DNA of 24,000 nucleotides from Cardiobacterium hominis (GTDB lineage Bacteria; Pseudomonadota; Gammaproteobacteria; Cardiobacteriales; Cardiobacteriaceae): NCBI RefSeq assembly GCF_900637305.1, contig NZ_LR134365.1, positions 494,047 to 518,046 of the forward strand, read 5' to 3'. Shown piece by piece: positions 18,628 to 24,000 of this stretch (position 1 is its first letter; each line of letters starts with the position of its first letter). The notes under the pieces were generated by a model. It saw only the letters and a program-made list of their open reading frames with translations, ran no database searches and was not told where the DNA came from. The position numbers and the translations under genes were made by a program.

Positions 18628-19164
18628 ATGAACCGCAAAACCCTCGCCATCACCCTGCTCGCCGCCTTCGCCGCCCTCATCGCCCTCTTTGTCAGCGGCC
18701 TCGGCAAAGACCCGCAGGTACTGCCGTCTGTCACCACCGGCAAAACCCTGCCCGCCATCGACCTGCCCGCCCTTGAGAGCGACCAACAGCGCCACACCAG
18801 CGCTGACCTGCCACAAGGCGAACCCTACCTGCTCAACATCTGGGGCAGCTGGTGCCCCGCCTGCCACGACGAACACCCCTACCTGCTGCAACTCGGCAAA
18901 GAAATCCCCATCGTCGGCATCAACTGGCCGGCGGACAATGCCAACGAAATCGCAGACGCCACCGCCTTCCTCGCCCGCCACGGCAACCCCTACCGCCTCA
19001 ACCTGCGCGACGCAAACGGCACCCTGATTACCGACCTCGGCGTCTATGGCGCACCGGAAACCTACCTCATCGCCGCCGACGGCACCATCCAATACCGCCA
19101 CGCCGGCGCGCTCACCCCGCAGGTTTGGCAAGAACAATTCCAGCCGCTATTAAAGCATCCGTAA
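18628..19164 (+). CDS. ccmG: Periplasmic thiol:disulfide oxidoreductase DsbE/CcmG
   Basis: Start taken at MNRKTLAITLL (membrane anchor). Thioredoxin-fold motif WGSWCPACHDEHP and GVYGAPETYL. The track start at 18436 reads through the REP repeat and is rejected. Confidence 0.9.
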   Translation: MNRKTLAITLLAAFAALIALFVSGLGKDPQVLPSVTTGKTLPAIDLPALESDQQRHTSADLPQGEPYLLNIWGSWCPACHDEHPYLLQLGKEIPIVGINWPADNANEIADATAFLARHGNPYRLNLRDANGTLITDLGVYGAPETYLIAADGTIQYRHAGALTPQVWQEQFQPLLKHP

Positions 19165-19186
19165 CAACATCACCCGCACAACGCCC

Positions 19187-19651
19187 ATGACCGCCAAAAC
19201 CCACCACTACCACACCCGTACCGAATGGACAGGCAACCTCGGCGTAGGCACAGCGCACTACATCGCCTACAGCCGCGACCATATCCACCGCGCCCCCGGC
19301 AAAGCGGACATCCCCGGTTCCGCCGACCCCGCCTACCGTGGTGACCCCGCCCGCTGGAACCCCGAAGAACTGCTGCTCGCCGCCGCCTCCGCCTGCCACA
19401 AACTCTGGTACCTGCACCACTGCGCCGACCACGGCATCACCGTCCTCGCCTACCGCGACGACGCCGAAGCCGAAATGAACGAAGCCGCAGGCCGCATGAC
19501 CGCCATCCGCCTCAAGCCGCGCGTTACCATCAGCGCTGCGTCCGACCCGGCACTTGCCCTCGCCCTGCACCATGACGCCCACCGCGATTGCTACATCGCC
19601 AACACATTGAACTGCCCCGTCACCATCGACGCCCACATCGAACAAGCATGA
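19187..19651 (+). CDS. OsmC family protein (putative thiol peroxidase/redox protein)
   Basis: 154 aa. The HxYxxxxEWTGN N-terminus, RWNPEELLLAAASACH and DCYIANTL (two conserved Cys) match the OsmC/Ohr superfamily as I recall it. No signal peptide. The stop overlaps the ccmH start (ATGA). Confidence 0.8.
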   Translation: MTAKTHHYHTRTEWTGNLGVGTAHYIAYSRDHIHRAPGKADIPGSADPAYRGDPARWNPEELLLAAASACHKLWYLHHCADHGITVLAYRDDAEAEMNEAAGRMTAIRLKPRVTISAASDPALALALHHDAHRDCYIANTLNCPVTIDAHIEQA

Positions 19652-20103
19652 CCCGCCGCCTCCTCCCCCTCCTCCTTGCCCTCACCCTGCCGCTCCATGC
19701 CGCGCTCAACGACGCGCCCGACTTCAGCGACCCGGTCGAAAACACCCGCTACCAGCACCTCATCCAAAACATCCGCTGCCCCACCTGCCAAAACAGCAAC
19801 ATCGCCGAATCCAACGCACCGCTCGCCCGCCAACTGCGCGAACAAATCGCCGCCCGCATCCGCGACGGCGAAAGCGACAGCGACATCAACCGCTGGCTAC
19901 AAGAACGCTACGGCGACTTCATCCACTACGACCCGCCGCTGAAAAGCCAAACCCTCGCCCTGTGGATCGCGCCATTTGCGGCGATGCTCGCCGCTGTCGC
20001 CTGGTGGTGGCACGCGCGCCGCCGCCCTCCCGTCGCCCACCGCTTGAGCGACGCTGAAAAACGCGAATTGCAGCAATGGGTCGCTGAAACAGAAAAAAAC
20101 TGA
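19648..20103 (+). CDS. ccmH: Cytochrome c-type biogenesis protein CcmH
   Basis: Start taken at MTRRLLPLLLALTL (signal peptide). RCPTCQNSNIAESNAP motif (CxxC) and a C-terminal TM segment. The track start at 19588 overlaps osmC and is rejected. Confidence 0.9.
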   Translation: MTRRLLPLLLALTLPLHAALNDAPDFSDPVENTRYQHLIQNIRCPTCQNSNIAESNAPLARQLREQIAARIRDGESDSDINRWLQERYGDFIHYDPPLKSQTLALWIAPFAAMLAAVAWWWHARRRPPVAHRLSDAEKRELQQWVAETEKN

Positions 20104-20133
20104 CCCACGCCCAAGCCACCCCAGGAGAACCCG

Positions 20134-21123
20134 ATGCACAAGCCCCTCTGCCTTGCCCTCCTTCTCGCTGCAACTGCTCATGCCTTGGCCGCAGACGACG
20201 CGACCAGCAAGCAAACCGCCGATTTCAGACAATGGCAAAAACGTGCCGATGCCGAACAAGCCGCAGCGGACAGCGCCCTCACCGACCTGCAACAACGTGC
20301 AGCGGCAGGCGACGCCACCGCCCAATTTGAACTGGGCGCTCTCTACTATCTCGGTCAAGGTGTGCCGCAGGACTACGCTCAAGCTGCTGTATGGTGGGAA
20401 AGAGCCGCCACACAGGATCATGTTGATGCCCAATTTAACCTCGGCGCCCTCTACGGCGAGGGCCAAGGCGTGGCGCAGGACTACTCGCAAGCGCGCGCCT
20501 GGTACGAAAAGGCTGCCGCCCAAGGTGATGCCAGTGCCCAACACAACCTCGGTGTCCTTTACGCCGAAGGTCAAGGCGTCGCGCAGGACTACGCGCAAGC
20601 ACGCGCCTGGTTCGAAAAAGCCGCTGCCCAAGATGATGCCAATGCCCAAAACAGCCTCGGTATCCTCTATAACAACGGCCACGGTGTCGCGCAGGACTAC
20701 GCCCAAGCACACACCTGGTACGAAAAAGCAGCCGCCAAAGGCAATTCCCATGCCCAATACAACCTCGGTTATCTCTACTACGAAGGCAAAGGCGTCACGC
20801 AGGACTACGGGCAAGCGCGCGCATGGTGGGAAAAAGCCGCTGCCCAAGGTGATGCCGGTGCCCAATACAACCTCGGTGTCCTCTACGCCAAAGGCCTAGG
20901 CGTTGCGCAGGATTACGGTCAAACGCGCACATGGTACGAAAAAGCCGCCGCCCAAGGTTATGCCCAAGCCCAATACAACCTCGGAGCCCTCTACGGCAAT
21001 GGTCAAGGCGTGCCAAAAAATAACGCCCAAGCGCGCCTGTGGTGGGAAAAAGCTGCCGCCCAAACAGACAACAAAGAAGCGCAGCAAGCCGCACAGCAGG
21101 CCTTGCAAAAAATCCCCCAATAA
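20134..21123 (+). CDS. Secreted Sel1-like repeat (SLR/TPR-related) protein, 7 repeats
   Basis: 329 aa. Signal peptide MHKPLCLALLLAATAHA/LA, then seven 36-aa units AQxNLGxLYxxGxGVxQDYxxARxWxEKAAxQG. AGGAGA SD, 30 nt after the ccmH stop. Confidence 0.85.
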   Translation: MHKPLCLALLLAATAHALAADDATSKQTADFRQWQKRADAEQAAADSALTDLQQRAAAGDATAQFELGALYYLGQGVPQDYAQAAVWWERAATQDHVDAQFNLGALYGEGQGVAQDYSQARAWYEKAAAQGDASAQHNLGVLYAEGQGVAQDYAQARAWFEKAAAQDDANAQNSLGILYNNGHGVAQDYAQAHTWYEKAAAKGNSHAQYNLGYLYYEGKGVTQDYGQARAWWEKAAAQGDAGAQYNLGVLYAKGLGVAQDYGQTRTWYEKAAAQGYAQAQYNLGALYGNGQGVPKNNAQARLWWEKAAAQTDNKEAQQAAQQALQKIPQ

Positions 21124-21137
21124 AGCGGAAACAGACC

Positions 21138-23300
21138 ATGAAAACCCTCTGCCTTGCCCTCCTCCTCGCCGCAGCCGCTGCCCATGCCCTGAGCGACAGT
21201 GAAAAAGAAACGCTAATGACCACCGCCGTAGAGGCTTACGAACAGCAGGACTACGCCACCGCGCTGGAAAAATGGCAAACCCTCGCTGAGGCGGGCGATG
21301 CCGCCGCGCAAAGCAATCTTGCCGTCCTCTATTACGAAGGAAAAGGCGTAACACAGGATTACGGCAAAGCGCTCGAATGGCTGGAAAAAGCAGCCACCCA
21401 AGGCGATGCCCGGACACAAACCAATCTTGGCCTTCTCTACGCCCAAGGACATGGCGTGCCGCAGGATTACGGCAAAGCACGCGAGTGGTATGAAAAAGCT
21501 GCTCTTCAGGGCAATGCCGTCGCCCAATACAATTTGGGCGATCTCTACTACACGGGGCTGGGCGTGCCGCAAGACTACGGCAAAGCGCGTGAATGGATGG
21601 AAAAAGCCGCCGCCCAAAATGATGCCAGGGCACTATTTAACCTCGGCGCCCTCTACTACAACGGCGAGGGTGTACCGAAGGACATCAACAAAGCCCGCGC
21701 GTGGTTCGAAAAAGCCGCCACACAAACGGATGACAAAGAAATCCAGCAAGCCGCGCAGCAGGCTCTTGCAAAAAATCCCCCAATAAAACGGAACCAAACC
21801 ATAAAAATCACCCTCTGCCTTGCCCTCCTTCTCGCCGCAAGCGCCGCCTATGCCTTGAGTGATAGCGAAAAAGAAACGCTGATGGCCGCCGCCGCAGAGG
21901 CTTACGAACAGCAGGACTACGCCACCGCACTGGAAAAATGGCAAACCCTCGCTGAAAAAGGCGATGCCGAAGCGCAAAGCAACCTCGGCATCCTCTACGC
22001 CAACGGCCAAGGCGTCGCGCAGGACTACGCCCAAGCGCGTGCGTGGTATGAAAAGGCTGCCGCTCAAGGTTATGCCGCTGCCCAATACAACCTCGGTGTC
22101 CTCTACTACGAAGGCAAAGGCGTTGCACAGGACTACGGTCACGCGCGTGCGTGGTTCGAAAAAGCCGCCGCCCAAGATTATGCCGATGCCCAATACAACC
22201 TCGGTATCCTATACGCCAATGGCCGAGGTGTGCCGCAGGACTACACTCAGGCGCGCGCGTGGTACGAAAAAGCTGCCGCGCAAGGTGATGCCAAAGCCCA
22301 ATACAACCTCGGCGTCCTCTACGACGAAGGCAAAGGCGTTGCGCAGGACTACGGCAAAGCGCGTGTCTGGTTCGAAAAGGCTGCTGCCCAAGATGATGCC
22401 CAAGCCCAATACAACCTCGGCGTCCTCTACGACGAAGGCAAAGGCGTAACGCAGGACTACACCCAAGCTGCCGCTTGGTACGAAAAAGCTGCCGCACAAG
22501 GATTGGTTCAAGCGCAATACAACCTCGGTGTTCTATACCGAGACGGGCAAGGTGTGGCACAGGACTACGGCAAAGCGCGTGCCTGGTTTGAAAAAGCCGC
22601 CGTCCAAGGTTTTTCCGCAGCCCAAAGTAACCTCGGTGTCCTCTACGCCAACGGTCAAGGCGTCGCGCAGGATTACGGCCAAGCACGCGCGTGGCACGAA
22701 AAAGCCGCCACCCAAGGACTTTCCGCAGCCCAAAGTAACCTCGGTGTCCTCTACGCCGAAGGCCGTGGCGTTGTGCAAGATTACGGTCAAGCACGCGCGT
22801 GGTTCGAAAAAGCTGCTGCTCAAGATGATGCCCAAGCGCAATTCAACCTCGGCTCCCTCTACAACGCAGGCCTAGGCGTCGCGCAGGATTACGCCCAGGC
22901 GCGCGCATGGTGGGAAAAAGCCGCTGCACAGGATCATGCAAAAGCCCAATACAACCTCGGCGTCCTCTACGAAAACGGCCAAGGCGTAGCGCAGGATTAC
23001 GCCCAAGCGCGTGCGTGGTATGAAAAGGCTGCCGCACAAGATGATGCCAACGTGCAATACAACCTCGGTATCCTCTACGCCAATGGCCAGGGCGTCGCGC
23101 AGGACTACGGCAAAGCGCGTGCCTCGTGGGAAAAAGCTGCCGCGCAAGGCCATGCCCAAGCCCAATTCAACCTCGGTGCCCTCTACTACAACGGCGAGGG
23201 TGTACTGCGTGACATCAGCAAAGCCCGCGAGTGGTTCGAAAAAGCCGCTGCGCAAGGCGACGAAAGCGCCAAAGCAGCATTGCAGAAATTCGGCAAATGA
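21138..23300 (+). CDS. Sel1-like repeat protein; in-frame fusion of two paralogous modules (4 + 12 repeats)
   Basis: Start taken at MKTLCLALLLAAAAAHA/LS (track start 21039 rejected), giving 720 aa. After 4 repeats the sequence repeats the gene-A tail, a fossil stop/start junction and a second signal-peptide-like segment (ITLCLALLLAASAAYA/LS). Twelve more repeats follow. Confidence 0.8.
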   Translation: MKTLCLALLLAAAAAHALSDSEKETLMTTAVEAYEQQDYATALEKWQTLAEAGDAAAQSNLAVLYYEGKGVTQDYGKALEWLEKAATQGDARTQTNLGLLYAQGHGVPQDYGKAREWYEKAALQGNAVAQYNLGDLYYTGLGVPQDYGKAREWMEKAAAQNDARALFNLGALYYNGEGVPKDINKARAWFEKAATQTDDKEIQQAAQQALAKNPPIKRNQTIKITLCLALLLAASAAYALSDSEKETLMAAAAEAYEQQDYATALEKWQTLAEKGDAEAQSNLGILYANGQGVAQDYAQARAWYEKAAAQGYAAAQYNLGVLYYEGKGVAQDYGHARAWFEKAAAQDYADAQYNLGILYANGRGVPQDYTQARAWYEKAAAQGDAKAQYNLGVLYDEGKGVAQDYGKARVWFEKAAAQDDAQAQYNLGVLYDEGKGVTQDYTQAAAWYEKAAAQGLVQAQYNLGVLYRDGQGVAQDYGKARAWFEKAAVQGFSAAQSNLGVLYANGQGVAQDYGQARAWHEKAATQGLSAAQSNLGVLYAEGRGVVQDYGQARAWFEKAAAQDDAQAQFNLGSLYNAGLGVAQDYAQARAWWEKAAAQDHAKAQYNLGVLYENGQGVAQDYAQARAWYEKAAAQDDANVQYNLGILYANGQGVAQDYGKARASWEKAAAQGHAQAQFNLGALYYNGEGVLRDISKAREWFEKAAAQGDESAKAALQKFGK

Positions 23301-23456
23301 CACGGCAACGCGTCATAAACCCGCGCCGCGACAAAGCCCGCAACCGCGCCGCTTGGCGGCCATCCTCACCTACCGCACCGCCCGCCCGATGAAATTTGCC
23401 CGCTTCCAAAAACCTGCCGCAAAATCCAGTTCCCAAACATCCGCCCCCTGAACACC

Positions 23457-24000
23457 ATGCCCTACCTCCTCCCGCCACTCCTCCTTACCCTCCTCGCCCT
23501 CCTGCCCCTGCTGCGCGCGGCGCACCGCCGCTACGCGCCCGCTGATCCTGCCGCCGAGCAGCGCGCGCTGATTGCCGCCTGGCGCGAACAAAACACCGCC
23601 GACCCCGCCAACCAGGACGAACACGACTACCGCCTCTACCACGCTCTGAAAAACCTGCGCGCCGGCAAAGCCGCCCGCGCCGCGCGCCCGCCGCGCTGGC
23701 ACATCCCGGCGATGCTGCTCGCCAGCGCCTGCGCCCTTCTCCTCTGGCAACTGGCCGACCACGCTAACAGCCGCCGTTGGCACGACCTCACCCGCGAACT
23801 CGCGCCCGTCCTCCTGCGCAGCCAATACCTCGGCGAAATCGCGCAAATCCCCGCCGAAAGCCTCACCATCTACTGCCAGGCACTCCAACAACGCATCGAC
23901 CGCAGCGACCCGCAGCAACTCGCCACCCTCGCCCGCTGCTACAACCGCGACAACCAATACCCCATCGCCGCCGACATCTACGCCCGCGCGCGCAAACTCG
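23457..24000 (+). CDS. ccmI: Cytochrome c-type biogenesis protein CcmI/CycH, N-terminal part (continues beyond the window)
   Basis: The frame is open from ATG 23457 to the window end (not in the ORF track because it has no stop). It reads MPYLLPPLLLTLLALLPLLRAAHRR (TM1 with PLLR), a charged loop, TM2 (IPAMLLASACALLLW), then TPR-like sequence (LARCYNRDNQYPIAADIYARA). No clear SD. Confidence 0.6.
   Translation, partial: MPYLLPPLLLTLLALLPLLRAAHRRYAPADPAAEQRALIAAWREQNTADPANQDEHDYRLYHALKNLRAGKAARAARPPRWHIPAMLLASACALLLWQLADHANSRRWHDLTRELAPVLLRSQYLGEIAQIPAESLTIYCQALQQRIDRSDPQQLATLARCYNRDNQYPIAADIYARARKL

Noticed and set aside
16596-18631. Very long ORFs overlapping ccmF: 509 aa on the minus strand (16596-18125) and a 470-aa Arg/Pro-rich ORF in another plus frame (17219-18631)
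   Set aside because: Low-complexity Gly/Ala/Glu or Arg/Pro translations are typical of stop-poor alternative frames in GC-rich DNA. ccmF in its own frame has clear family motifs and explains the region.
21039-21137. Upstream extension of the second Sel1 ORF (track start MVGKSCRPN...)
   Set aside because: The extension overlaps the 3' end of the first Sel1 gene in another frame. ATG 21138 begins a canonical signal peptide that parallels gene A.
20134-23300. Regular 108-bp periodicity that could superficially suggest a CRISPR-like or satellite array
   Set aside because: The repeats are contiguous with no unique spacers. They lie in one continuous coding frame and encode a recognisable Sel1 consensus.
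19897-23303. Chain of minus-strand ORFs (322, 245, 186, 328 and 143 aa, among others) and plus-strand Lys/Thr/Pro-rich ORFs across the Sel1 genes
   Set aside because: They are periodic translations of the 108-bp repeat in non-coding frames, kept open because the repeat unit lacks stops in those frames. They have no SD sequences or independent motifs.

Overview
High-GC proteobacterial chromosomal segment. Hand counts on sampled lines give about 60-73% GC, and most genes show a strong C-ending codon bias. I recognise no integrase, transposase, phage, CRISPR or defence genes, and no tRNA or rRNA.

Gene order, left to right:
- Tail of an ABC-2 efflux locus: two permeases, a DUF1330 gene on the opposite strand, and a NodT-type outer-membrane lipoprotein.
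- A mannose-family PTS operon (manXYZ-like).
- On the minus strand, carboxynorspermidine decarboxylase followed by a metallophosphoesterase.
- A 91-aa orphan ORF and mtnN.
- A roughly 5-kb lower-GC block (about 50%), all on the minus strand: aromatic amino acid permease, tyrosine phenol-lyase, a CstA-family transporter and a small CxxC protein.
- A System I cytochrome c maturation operon, ccmC-D-E-F-G-(osmC-like)-H-(Sel1 block)-ccmI. It starts without ccmAB.

The ccm operon is the most unusual part of the window:
- A 335-bp repeat-filled spacer separates ccmE from ccmF.
- Codon usage switches abruptly at that same spacer.
- An OsmC-family gene overlaps the ccmH start (ATGA).
- About 3.2 kb of signal-peptide Sel1-repeat genes (about 23 repeats of 108 bp) sit between ccmH and ccmI. 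Two of these paralogues are fused in frame and retain a fossil stop codon, start codon and signal peptide.

The ccm-embedded Sel1 block is my best candidate for something undescribed. Its function is inference only.
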